Shown piece after piece: positions 10,102-18,683 of a DNA stretch of 59,559 bases. Each line of letters starts with the position of its first letter. Within the stretch, counting starts at the first letter, position 1. This stretch comes from an uncultured virus (IMG/VR IMGVR_UViG_2593339138_000002). Lineage: Duplodnaviria > Heunggongvirae > Uroviricota > Caudoviricetes. Location: the IMG/VR virus record IMGVR_UViG_2593339138_000002. One strand, 5' to 3'. Made by a program: the position numbers and the translations under genes. A model generated the notes under the pieces. That model ran no database searches. It had not been told where the DNA came from and saw nothing but the letters and a program-made list of their open reading frames with translations.

Positions 10102-10854
10102 GTGGCAAATCCGCAGATCAAAAACGGCTATACACGCATAGCAAATGAGCTATTGGAAGCAATATGCAGGCTCAACATATCGGGAAACGAAATGCGGATA
10201 CTGCTTTATATTATCCGCAGGACTTACGGCTTTAACAAGAGCTATGCTGAGGTGCCGCTTTCGGATATTTCCGAGGCTCTCGGCATGAAAAAAGGTAATG
10301 TGTCAAGAGGAATAAAAAAGCTCCGCGAAGCAAATATAGTTGACCATAGACCGAACAAAGGTACCACTCCGCAGACTGTATCAATCAACAAAAACTATGA
10401 TGAATGGGCTGTTGAAAGTTGTACAGATTTGCTGTTATCAAATTCGATAACCGTTATCAATTCTGATAACCCTAAGGGTTATCAATTTGGAAACCCTACT
10501 GTTATCAATTCTGATAACCCTAAGGGTTGCCAAAATGATAACCATACATATAAAGAAAATATAAAAGACAGTATTAAAGAAAGGGGGGAAAGAAAAACGC
10601 TCCCTTCCTCACACGTTGGTCAGAATAGGAGTGCTTTTGTTAATGATGATAACTATAATCAACTCGTTTCTGAGTACGGAGCTGATGTTATCGACAAGTA
10701 CATCTCTCGGGTCGATGACTGGGCTTTCAAGAAAGGGAAGAACATAGGAGAGAGTTCGGAGACGATCAGAAGATGGCTTGAAGAGGACAACGTTCAGAAG
10801 CTTGACCCTGACATAAAGAATTATGAAAAATTCATCAATCAATTTTTGTATTGA
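10102..10854 (+). CDS. Phage replication initiator (lambda O-like N-terminus)
   Basis: NGYTRIANELLEA...IIRRTYGFNK motif; internal iterons. Confidence 0.85.
   Translation: MANPQIKNGYTRIANELLEAICRLNISGNEMRILLYIIRRTYGFNKSYAEVPLSDISEALGMKKGNVSRGIKKLREANIVDHRPNKGTTPQTVSINKNYDEWAVESCTDLLLSNSITVINSDNPKGYQFGNPTVINSDNPKGCQNDNHTYKENIKDSIKERGERKTLPSSHVGQNRSAFVNDDNYNQLVSEYGADVIDKYISRVDDWAFKKGKNIGESSETIRRWLEEDNVQKLDPDIKNYEKFINQFLY
10434..10543. repeat. Iterons / replication origin in initiator gene
   Basis: Five imperfect GTTATCAAnnnGATAAC inverted units followed by an A-rich tract. Confidence 0.8.
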
Positions 10855-10867
10855 AGGAGAAGTGACA

Positions 10868-11155
10868 ATGGACGACAGGATAAAAATTATAGCCGATCAT
10901 TACGGCTTCACAAGTCAGGCAAATATGCTCACCGAGGAAGCAGCTGAATTCACAGTGGCAGTGAATAAGCTCCGCAGAGGGCACGCAGACGCTTATGAGC
11001 ATATCAAGGAGGAAGTCGCAGATGTGATCGTAGTCGCAAAGCAGCTGCGGTACCTTCTCGGGGCTGACGAGATCGACAGGATAATCGACGGCAAGCTTGA
11101 AAGACAGATAGAACGAATAAAGGGAGAGGACGACAATGTCAAAGAAGAAACCTGA
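10868..11155 (+). CDS. MazG-like nucleotide pyrophosphohydrolase
   Basis: EEAAE...KEEVADV motifs. Confidence 0.7.
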   Translation: MDDRIKIIADHYGFTSQANMLTEEAAEFTVAVNKLRRGHADAYEHIKEEVADVIVVAKQLRYLLGADEIDRIIDGKLERQIERIKGEDDNVKEET

Positions 11156-11284
11156 CTACATGATAAAGGGACAGACCGAACAGCTGTCTGAGGACATTCA
11201 CAACGCAATCTTAATGGGAGTGAGCTACGGCAAGTATATGGGAATGAAGCACGATAAGCTTGCCAAGGCTCTTAAACGTATAAA

Positions 11285-11509
11285 ATGAAACGTGAGCAGT
11301 TATGCTCTCAGCAGATACACTGTCTGTCCTGCCCTTTGTCGGTGCTAAGGACAGGCAGGGACTGCCATGAGATAAAGGAGGATATTATGTTCATAGACGA
11401 TAAATGGTACACCGAACCTGAGGTACAGGCATATATCAAAGAGCTCAAAGCTCGGATAAGTACCCTTGAGGCAGCACTCGAAAGGTGCAAGGAGGAAGAG
11501 AATGAGTGA
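11285..11509 (+). CDS. Hypothetical phage protein
   Basis: MFIDDKWYTEPEVQAYI segment shared with prophage 2 ORF 41902-42306. Confidence 0.55.
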   Translation: MKREQLCSQQIHCLSCPLSVLRTGRDCHEIKEDIMFIDDKWYTEPEVQAYIKELKARISTLEAALERCKEEENE

Positions 11510-11783
11510 TACAAAGCTAAAGCCTTGTCCGTTCTGTGGCTATAATAAGTTGAAAATAGACCGCAAGAGGAAAAGAGAAGGATATACAGGCTTAGATGAT
11601 ATAGTCTACTATGATACATATTCAGTGCGTTGTCCTAAATGCTTTAGCAGAGGCGGTGCAGTAGGTGGAAGAGTCCTCTCCCGTATCAGCTATGATGGTG
11701 AACTGCCTGAGTGGGCAACGACTGCCGATGAGCTGCAAGCTAAAGCTGCCAGAGCATGGAACAGGAGGGCAAATAATGACTGA
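11502..11783 (+). CDS. Lar-family (restriction alleviation-like) Zn protein
   Basis: LKPCPFCG...CPKC...AWNRR. Confidence 0.7.
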   Translation: MSDTKLKPCPFCGYNKLKIDRKRKREGYTGLDDIVYYDTYSVRCPKCFSRGGAVGGRVLSRISYDGELPEWATTADELQAKAARAWNRRANND

Positions 11784-12054
11784 TACAGATATGCTGCACA
11801 TGGCAGCGCTGGAAAAGAGATGTGAAGAGCTCGAAACTCGTAATGCTGAGCTTGAAGCCAAACACTGGGACGAATGCAGACAGATAGCTCACTATGATAA
11901 TGACATCAAGAGCCTTAAAGCGCAGATAGCAGATTTAAAGCGGTGTGTTAAATCCTTAAATAGCGACTATCTGACAGGGTATATCTCAGCACTGTCAGCG
12001 GTTGAGGGCATGATAGATAAGAACGGAGGTACTGATGATGAAAACAGCAAGTGA
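11776..12054 (+). CDS. Hypothetical coiled-coil protein
   Basis: AGGAGG RBS, overlaps neighbours. Confidence 0.55.
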   Translation: MTDTDMLHMAALEKRCEELETRNAELEAKHWDECRQIAHYDNDIKSLKAQIADLKRCVKSLNSDYLTGYISALSAVEGMIDKNGGTDDENSK

Positions 12055-12175
12055 TCTGTTCTGGATAATTCATACAGGCTGTACATATGCATGGCTGTGC
12101 TGCAACTGCGATCGTGGCACGGAGTGCCGCATGGAAGCCCTCGCGAAGGAAATGATACTGCGAGGTGAATACTGA
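12038..12175 (+). CDS. Small Cys-rich protein (near-identical copy at 43246-43383)
   Basis: MKTASDLFWIIHTGCTYAWLCCNCDRGTECRMEALAKEMILRGEY; GGAGGT RBS. Confidence 0.65.
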   Translation: MKTASDLFWIIHTGCTYAWLCCNCDRGTECRMEALAKEMILRGEY

Positions 12176-12301
12176 TGATCATAGTAATAGCAGCTATTAT
12201 AATAGCTCTTGCCTGTTACCTCATGGGCTTCTGCATCGGCAAGAGGTACGCCGAGGAGCAGTTCAGGGCGATGAGAGGAGAGCTGGAAACGGAGGAGCAG
12301 G

Positions 12302-12748
12302 ATGACGGAATTTGAACTTCGCAGGTGGCTCAACAGAGCTTTTTACGCTGACAAGAAAGCAAAGGCACTGGATATGCTCGTACAGCAATGCAGAGAACGC
12401 GCCACGGGACTTGTAAGAGCGACCGAGGGTAATGACAAAGGCAGGAGCAGCACGTCAAAAAACGGCACGGAAAACGCTCTCATACAGCTTGCGGAAATGG
12501 AGGATAAGGCGGAGAAGCTCAGCGCTGAGGCTGTGAAGATCACTGCCGAGATCTGGGAGGCTATCATCGGACTTCATGATGATGACCTTGAGGCTGTGCT
12601 TATCAACAGGTATATCCTCTTCCAGACCGTTGAGCAGACGGCTGAGAGTATGGGATATGATCCGAGGACTGTTATGAGGAAAATCAAAAAGGCAATTGAA
12701 AAGTTGTCACCAAATGTCATTGAATGTCACCCTATTGATGTGTTATGA
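12302..12748 (+). CDS. ArpU/RinA-family late transcriptional activator
   Basis: Last early gene; C-terminal sigma-4-like HTH; repeats at its 3' end. Confidence 0.8.
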   Translation: MTEFELRRWLNRAFYADKKAKALDMLVQQCRERATGLVRATEGNDKGRSSTSKNGTENALIQLAEMEDKAEKLSAEAVKITAEIWEAIIGLHDDDLEAVLINRYILFQTVEQTAESMGYDPRTVMRKIKKAIEKLSPNVIECHPIDVL

Positions 12749-12749
12749 T
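12705..12749 (+). promoter_or_regulatory. Late promoter with three TGTCA(C/T) direct repeats at 10-bp spacing
   Basis: TGTCAC 12705, TGTCAT 12715, TGTCAC 12725, -10 TATGAT 12744. Confidence 0.65.
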
Positions 12750-12754
12750 GTATA

Positions 12755-12852
12755 CATAGAAAGCAGGCGAAACAACGGGTTGGCTTTCACGCGGCAGGCA
12801 ATAAATCGTCTTTCAGTTGCTCTTGCCGCGTGCGCCTTCGCCTATTTCTATG
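12755..12852 (+). ncRNA. Candidate structured RNA at start of late operon
   Basis: Nested stems catagaaa/tttctatg, aggcgaa/ttcgcct, cacgcggcag/ttgccgcgtg; homologous fold at 46560-46659. Confidence 0.55.
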
Positions 12853-12913
12853 AGTTTTACAAACATCCCTTTCACACAGCCGGGCATCTTCACCTTCAGC
12901 TCGGCTGCTCTTT

Positions 12914-12989
12914 GGCAGGTTAGAACAGCGGCGAGTTCGCAAGGCTCATAACCTTGAAGTCGTGGGTTCGAGTCCCACACCTGCAACCA
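12914..12989 (+). tRNA. tRNA-Met(CAT), initiator-like
   Basis: Cloverleaf, anticodon arm caagg-ctCATaa-ccttg, GGTTCGAGTCC T-arm, 1:72 mismatch, encoded CCA. Confidence 0.88.
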
Positions 12990-13028
12990 ACGGCATGAGT
13001 CCATTTTTGTATATCTCCTGAAAATAAT

Positions 13029-13064
13029 GCAGAAGTACCTCGGCAGCAGTCGGGGTATTTCTGT
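13029..13064. terminator. Stem-loop after tRNA
   Basis: gcagaagtacctcggc-agca-gtcggggtatttctgt. Confidence 0.5.
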
Positions 13065-13087
13065 TATCGGATAAGGCGGTCACAGCA

Positions 13088-13483
13088 ATGAAAAAAGCCT
13101 GCCCTTACTGCGGAGCAGTTCATGACAAAGGATGTATCTGTCCTAAAAAGCCGCAAGGCAAATATCATCAAAGGACAGAGCTGAGCAAAGCAGATGTTTT
13201 CAGAGGCTCCTACGAGTGGAAGTGCAAGCGTGAACACATCATGAAACGGGACCTTTACTTGTGTGTTGCTTGTCGGCATAAGCTTACGGGAACTATAAGG
13301 CAGTTCAATAACGAAGACTTATCTGTGCATCATATCAGACCTCTGATCACGAATTATGAGCTGCGTTTAGATGACAATAATCTTATAACTCTTTGCAGAA
13401 ACCACCACGAAATGGCAGAAAAGGGAGAGATTTCCGCTGAAAAATTATCAAAAATCCTGCCTGAGCATCCCCCCGGGGGGTGA
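13088..13483 (+). CDS. HNH endonuclease (terminase-associated)
   Basis: CVAC, VHHIRP, NLITLCRNHH; upstream of terS. Confidence 0.9.
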   Translation: MKKACPYCGAVHDKGCICPKKPQGKYHQRTELSKADVFRGSYEWKCKREHIMKRDLYLCVACRHKLTGTIRQFNNEDLSVHHIRPLITNYELRLDDNNLITLCRNHHEMAEKGEISAEKLSKILPEHPPGG

Positions 13484-13530
13484 ATTTTCAATATTTGAGA
13501 GGTGGTATCCATCGACGCCCCCCTTTGAAC
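13469..13530. other. Probable cos region
   Basis: CCCCCCGGGGGG palindrome at the HNH end and GC-rich CGACGCCCCC before terS; similar CCCCGGGGGG at 47379. Confidence 0.4.
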
Positions 13531-13571
13531 ATAAAGTATTCGGAAAATGAGTTTTTTTGGAGGTGAAAAGC

Positions 13572-14024
13572 TTGGCGAGACCCTGTAAAAATGTTAAATT
13601 GCAGCATGATAGATCGCTTGACAATGATGAAGCAGCTCTGCGGCTGAGCAATGAGAACAAGCTGAAGGGCGATGCTGCACAGCTCAGACCTCCGAAGTAC
13701 ATGACAACAGCACAGAAAAAGATATTCAGGTATATAGTCAAGAACCTTGAAGCGGCAGAGATACTCGGGAACCTCGATGTGTATGTTCTGTCCGAGTGCA
13801 GTATCTGCATTGACCGTATGCAGGAAATCGAAAGGACTATCAATGAAGCCGGTTCGATTATTCCTTCGCTCGTAAGGCTCAAAGAAACGTACACGAAAGC
13901 GTTCTTCCGATACTGCAACGAGCTCAGCCTTAGCCCTCAGAGCCGTGCAAAGCTTGCAAATATCAACCTTCAGGCATCAAATGAAGAAAATCCGCTTATA
14001 AAGGCGTTGATGGACGATGAATAG
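13572..14024 (+). CDS. Terminase small subunit (P27 family)
   Basis: PPKYMT...LGNLD...ELSLSPQSRAKL. Confidence 0.88.
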   Translation: MARPCKNVKLQHDRSLDNDEAALRLSNENKLKGDAAQLRPPKYMTTAQKKIFRYIVKNLEAAEILGNLDVYVLSECSICIDRMQEIERTINEAGSIIPSLVRLKETYTKAFFRYCNELSLSPQSRAKLANINLQASNEENPLIKALMDDE

Positions 14025-14769
14025 TGACTGGTTCATGAACTATGCCGAGTACGCAGTGAGAGCTATCGACATTGAGACACACTGGTATGAATTACGCGGC
14101 TGGATAACAAAGAACGGCAGGCATATCCTTATTGGCGATGACGGTGGCGGTTCTTCCGGCAGTGGAGCTGGAAAGAGTATTGACAATTCTGTAAAAAGTG
14201 GTATAATAGAAGAAAATGGTGAGCCAAAGCCTATTACTAAGATAACCGATAAGGCGATTGCAAGTGTACCCAAGGTAAAAATAAGTGGTTATACCGATGA
14301 GCAATGCTCGAAGATACAAGAACAGCATAAAGAATTGCTGAAGTATGCTCGTGATAATAATGATTGTAATGAAGTAGCGTTTGTATTTGATAGTTCATTG
14401 CAGGTCCGAAAAGAATTCAAAGGTTCTGATGATAGGCTTGATTTTGGACAGAACTTTTATGACAGTGATTTGATGATAATGCACAATCACCCGAGAAACA
14501 GTAGTTATTCTTTTACCGATATAGTTGAATTTGTCGGAAATGAAAGAATAAAGACACTGACCATTGTAAAGAATAACGGCAATGTCGAAACATTATCCAA
14601 GTTAAAGGACTTTGATAAACTCTCTCTCTTGAGGTCTTTGCAAAAGGCAGAAAATAAGGTGCTTAAAGCAACTAAAAAAGGTGAATATCGTGATAACGAA
14701 TACCGAAAGGTAGTAAATAAATTCCTTGATAATCAGCAGAAAGGTGGGCTTTTTGAATGGAAGAAATGA
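14017..14769 (+). CDS. Putative virion cargo toxin with JAB/MPN-like domain
   Basis: ELR-GWITKNGRHI leader, Gly linker, then NE...MHNHP-x5-S-x2-D; AT-rich; inserted between terS and terL. Confidence 0.6.
   Translation: MNSDWFMNYAEYAVRAIDIETHWYELRGWITKNGRHILIGDDGGGSSGSGAGKSIDNSVKSGIIEENGEPKPITKITDKAIASVPKVKISGYTDEQCSKIQEQHKELLKYARDNNDCNEVAFVFDSSLQVRKEFKGSDDRLDFGQNFYDSDLMIMHNHPRNSSYSFTDIVEFVGNERIKTLTIVKNNGNVETLSKLKDFDKLSLLRSLQKAENKVLKATKKGEYRDNEYRKVVNKFLDNQQKGGLFEWKK
14180..14207 (+). promoter_or_regulatory. Intragenic sigma-A promoter
   Basis: TTGACA-16-TATAAT with extended -10 TG. Confidence 0.7.
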
Positions 14770-14867
14770 ATGTAGTTCTTGACGGATCAAATAAGGAAGG
14801 CTCTGAGAGACTTGCTGAAATGATCAAAAGACTTGAGGAAGAAAAGAAAAAAGATAAGACCGTCTGA
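14766..14867 (+). CDS. Putative 33-aa immunity peptide (not in ORF track)
   Basis: MNVVLDGSNKEGSERLAEMIKRLEEEKKKDKTV; ATGA overlap with the upstream gene; followed by terminator. Confidence 0.5.
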   Translation: MNVVLDGSNKEGSERLAEMIKRLEEEKKKDKTV

Positions 14868-14886
14868 GAGATCAGGCGGTTTTCTT
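14858..14886 (+). terminator. Rho-independent terminator
   Basis: accgtctga-gaga-tcaggcggt-tttctt. Confidence 0.7.
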
Positions 14887-14895
14887 ATACCCATT

Positions 14896-14913
14896 TGTGA
14901 AGTTGACTGCACA
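14896..14913. repeat. 18-bp palindrome copy 1 (TG core, 1 mismatch)
   Basis: tgtgaagttgactgcaca. Confidence 0.8.
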
Positions 14914-14939
14914 GAAAGGAGCTGACAGCAATTGACATA

Positions 14940-16634
14940 GTGAAGCATAGCAGAGCTTATAAATACGCGCTTTGGTGTACCGAGCCCGATAATCAGTATG
15001 TGGGACGCTATGTCAAACGGCAGGCGAAGCTCTGGATAGCTATTGTTGACGGCAGCAACACCGAAGCTTATGTTTGCGGTAAGCGCTGGAAAAAAATAAC
15101 AAAGCTGCTGAAGCTCATCATTCACCCCGATCTGCATTGCTCGATGTATGAGGGGCTTGAGGATTATGCAGTATTGTTCATATATGCCCTGTTCTGCACA
15201 AAACGCAGGAGTGATGATCTCAGATATTATGAGACGGGGCTTTTAGAGATCGCGAGAAAGAACTTCAAGACGTTCACCTCAGCGGTCATTTTTATTATCG
15301 GACTCTTGACAGAGCCAAAGTTCAGCCGCTTTTTCAGTGTAGCCCCCGACCTGTCGCTTTCCAGTGAGCTTCAGGTCGCTATAAAGAAGATAATCAAATC
15401 CAGTCCCTGTCTTGCGGATGAAAAGATATTCAAGCTCATGCGCAAGGAAGTGCGGTGCAAGCTGACAGAGTCTGAATATACACCTCTTGCGTACTCAAAC
15501 GACCGTATGGACGGCAAGCTTGCCAATATGTTCCTGGCTGACGAGTGCGGAGCTATGGACAACTATCCGATAGAGGCGATGCGCTCATCGCAGATAATGC
15601 TGCTGGAAAAGCTGGGTATCATCATATCGACTCAGTACCCGAATGATAACAATGCGATGACTGAGGAAATAGATGTTGCAAAGAAGGCGATAGACGGGCT
15701 ACTCGATGATGAGCGTATATTCGCACTGCTGTATGAACCTGATGATGAGTTCAAGACAGGTGATACTTGGAAGACCTCCGATGTAGCTCTCTTACAGGCT
15801 AATCCTGCCGCCTACGCTCATGAACATATGCTGAGAGACTTGAAGAAAAAGCGCGAGAAGGCTGTGCTCTACGAGAATAAGCGTGAAAACTTCCTCTGCA
15901 AGCACATGAATATCCTCTACAAGGGGCTCGGAGTCGAGGGCTTTGTTGAGATAACCAAGGTCAGAATGTGCTTTTCCGAGCCTGAGCCTGACTTCTGGAA
16001 GGGCAGGAGAGTGTATATCGGGCTTGACCTGTCTCAGACCGATGATAATACATCGGTGGCTATGGCGGCTTATGACGAGGCGGAGGATATGATATATGTC
16101 AAGGTGTGGGGATTTTTTCCTGCTGATAAGCTTGAAGAGAAAACACACCGCGAAAGAGTAGATTATAAGAAGCTCATAGAGCGTGGTGAATGCTTTGCCT
16201 GTGGTGATGAGGTAATAGATTACGGCTTTGTGGAGCGTTTTATCCAGTCGCTGCCTGAGAAATACGGCGTTGAGATAGTTCAGCTGGGCTTCGACCGATA
16301 TAATGCTATATCTACTGTGCAGAAGCTTGAAGCCGCAGATGATCCTATTGAGTGCGTGGAGATAAAGCAGCACAGCAGCGTGCTCCACAGACCGACAAAG
16401 CTGCTGAAAGAGTCTATTCTCAGTAGGAAATTCAGATACGAGGGCAATCAGATGCTTGAGATAAACTTCCAGAATGCCCGATGCACCAAGGATACAAACC
16501 TCAATCTCTATGTCAATAAGAAAAAGTCAGCAGGCAAAGTGGATATGGTCGTGTCGATCATTAATGCGCTGTATCTCTTGCAGGTGGACGTACTTGACAG
16601 CATGGAGCAGGGCTTCGGCTGTCAGGTAATATGA
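14940..16634 (+). CDS. Terminase large subunit
   Basis: IARKNFKT Walker A, LADE, GLDLSQTDD nuclease, KVDMVVS. Confidence 0.95.
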   Translation: MKHSRAYKYALWCTEPDNQYVGRYVKRQAKLWIAIVDGSNTEAYVCGKRWKKITKLLKLIIHPDLHCSMYEGLEDYAVLFIYALFCTKRRSDDLRYYETGLLEIARKNFKTFTSAVIFIIGLLTEPKFSRFFSVAPDLSLSSELQVAIKKIIKSSPCLADEKIFKLMRKEVRCKLTESEYTPLAYSNDRMDGKLANMFLADECGAMDNYPIEAMRSSQIMLLEKLGIIISTQYPNDNNAMTEEIDVAKKAIDGLLDDERIFALLYEPDDEFKTGDTWKTSDVALLQANPAAYAHEHMLRDLKKKREKAVLYENKRENFLCKHMNILYKGLGVEGFVEITKVRMCFSEPEPDFWKGRRVYIGLDLSQTDDNTSVAMAAYDEAEDMIYVKVWGFFPADKLEEKTHRERVDYKKLIERGECFACGDEVIDYGFVERFIQSLPEKYGVEIVQLGFDRYNAISTVQKLEAADDPIECVEIKQHSSVLHRPTKLLKESILSRKFRYEGNQMLEINFQNARCTKDTNLNLYVNKKKSAGKVDMVVSIINALYLLQVDVLDSMEQGFGCQVI

Positions 16635-16640
16635 AAGGAA

Positions 16641-18344
16641 GTGGTCAAAATAGGACTTTTTAAACGTAAAAAGAGACAGGAAATAAGGGCGGACACCGTC
16701 CAGAGTGCCGAGACCTCAATACTCACATTCTTTGGTATCACAGGAGAGCTGACACGCGAAGCGGCTCTCAGTATTCCTACTGTATCAGCTTGCATCGGCA
16801 AGATAGGAGAGACGATATCACAGCTTCCTGTCAAGCTTTACTGCAAAGACGAGGAGCAGGTCACAGAAATATTTGATGATCCGCGAATAAAGCTGCTCAA
16901 CGGTTCGACAGGCGATACTCTCAGCACTGTGGATATGTGGAAGGCTGCTGTCGAGGACTACTATCTCGGGCGCGGAGCGTGGATATTCGTCAACAGCAGC
17001 GGTCTCAGCGTCAAGAGTCTGCACTATGTTGACAGCCGGGATGTGAGTATACTGTCTAACACAGACCCTATATTCAAGGCTTTCAGAGTACAGATAAACG
17101 CTCAGAGCTATTATGATTTCCAGTTTATCAAGCTGCTGAGACGTACCCGTGACGGATATACGAATATCCCGTTGCAGGAGGAAGCGTCTTCGGTGCTGTC
17201 AGCGGCATGGAACGCTCTTAAACTGGAAAATATGATGAACTCCAACGGCGGTTGTAAGCCCGGTTTCCTGAAAGCGAAGAACCGCCTCTCCGATGCTGCT
17301 ATATCAGCTATCAAGGAAGGCTATCAGAAGGTCTATGACAACGAGCAGAAGCGTGACAAGATAATCGTGCTCAATGACGGCGTTGACTTCGAGGCTATCT
17401 CTTCAACGGCGGCTGAGCTACAGATGAACGAGAACAAGAAGACCAACAGCATTGAGATATGCAAGCTGTTCGGCTTCCCTCATACGGTCATTGACGGCGG
17501 CGCTACCGAGAATGATAACAAGAAGTTCACGGCGGCGGTGATAGCGCTCCTTAATCAGATAGAGACAGAGCTTGACAACGTTCTTCTGCTTGAATCTGAG
17601 AAGGAGCAGGGCTATTACTGGGCATTCGACACGAAGGAGCTGACACGCGGTAGCTTGAAAGAGCGCTACGATGCTTACGAGGTCGCTGTCCGGAATAATA
17701 TCCTTCAGATTGACGAGATACGCCGCGAAGAGGACTATGAACCGCTCGGATTCAACTTTGTCAAGCTCGGACTCTCCGATGTTCTCCTGAATCCTGAGAC
17801 AATGGAAGTATTCACGCCGAATACCGGGCAACAGAAGAACCTTCTTACCGGCGAGGAACGTGCGGAGGACGTTGAGCTGAGATATAATCATAATCACGAT
17901 GAAAAAGGACGGTTCGCTTCTGGTGGCGGCGGTTCTTCCGGCGGAGCAGGCGGAAAAGCTGCGAAGAAGGTTGACAAATCTGAAAAAGATGCTATAATTG
18001 AACATAAGGAAGAGATTATAGCTGATTTTAAGTCAACTAACTTCAACGGAGAAATACATATACCGCCAAGAGAAATTGATGTCAATAGTCTTAGCTTTGA
18101 TAAAAGGCATATAATGGACGAAAATCATGATGTCAATCTCAAAAGTGCAAGACAGTATATCAATAATGCTAAGGTTTCTTATACAAAGCATATTAACGGT
18201 GAAGAGTTTGAAAACTATATCGGCGATAAAGGTGCAACATATGTTAATATCACAAAAAATAGTATAAGAACAGCTTTCCCCAATGCTGAATTTACTCAAG
18301 GAACCAAAAGATTTCTTGATACTGTAAATAAACACTTGAAGTAA
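16641..18344 (+). CDS. HK97-family portal protein with ~153-aa C-terminal cargo extension
   Basis: Portal core to ~aa 410 (IDEIRREEDYEP), then ELR-YNHNHDEKGRF, Gly linker and an AT-rich domain. Confidence 0.9.
   Translation: MVKIGLFKRKKRQEIRADTVQSAETSILTFFGITGELTREAALSIPTVSACIGKIGETISQLPVKLYCKDEEQVTEIFDDPRIKLLNGSTGDTLSTVDMWKAAVEDYYLGRGAWIFVNSSGLSVKSLHYVDSRDVSILSNTDPIFKAFRVQINAQSYYDFQFIKLLRRTRDGYTNIPLQEEASSVLSAAWNALKLENMMNSNGGCKPGFLKAKNRLSDAAISAIKEGYQKVYDNEQKRDKIIVLNDGVDFEAISSTAAELQMNENKKTNSIEICKLFGFPHTVIDGGATENDNKKFTAAVIALLNQIETELDNVLLLESEKEQGYYWAFDTKELTRGSLKERYDAYEVAVRNNILQIDEIRREEDYEPLGFNFVKLGLSDVLLNPETMEVFTPNTGQQKNLLTGEERAEDVELRYNHNHDEKGRFASGGGGSSGGAGGKAAKKVDKSEKDAIIEHKEEIIADFKSTNFNGEIHIPPREIDVNSLSFDKRHIMDENHDVNLKSARQYINNAKVSYTKHINGEEFENYIGDKGATYVNITKNSIRTAFPNAEFTQGTKRFLDTVNKHLK
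17971..17998 (+). promoter_or_regulatory. Intragenic sigma-A promoter in portal linker
   Basis: TTGACA-16-TATAAT with extended -10 TG. Confidence 0.7.
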
Positions 18345-18348
18345 AGGA

Positions 18349-18549
18349 GTGAGTGAAATGCTTAAATGTCCATTAGTAGACAAAGAAATTGATGGAGGCG
18401 ATTGTCTTATAAACACTGATATAATTGACGGCTTTATTTCAGATGATTCACACATTCCTGACGAGTTCAAAGTAAAACCTGATTACAAGGAAATCTGTAA
18501 AAAATGCAAGTACCATGAAAGCACATGGGGAGAACCGAATGACGATTAA
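18349..18549 (+). CDS. Putative immunity protein (Cys-rich)
   Basis: CPLVDKEI...C...CKKCKYH; directly after the portal extension; AT-rich. Confidence 0.6.
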   Translation: MSEMLKCPLVDKEIDGGDCLINTDIIDGFISDDSHIPDEFKVKPDYKEICKKCKYHESTWGEPNDD

Positions 18550-18584
18550 ACCGCCCAGCAACGAGAGGTTTTCTTATACCCATT

Positions 18585-18602
18585 TGTGCGGTCAACTGCA
18601 CA
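18585..18602. repeat. 18-bp palindrome copy 2 (CA core, 1 mismatch)
   Basis: tgtgcggtcaactgcaca. Confidence 0.8.
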
Positions 18603-18683
18603 AAAATATGTTGAAAAGCATTTGCAACAAAATTGAAACTTGGTTGCAAGTGCTATTTTTATACCTTGAAAGGATGTGAAATA

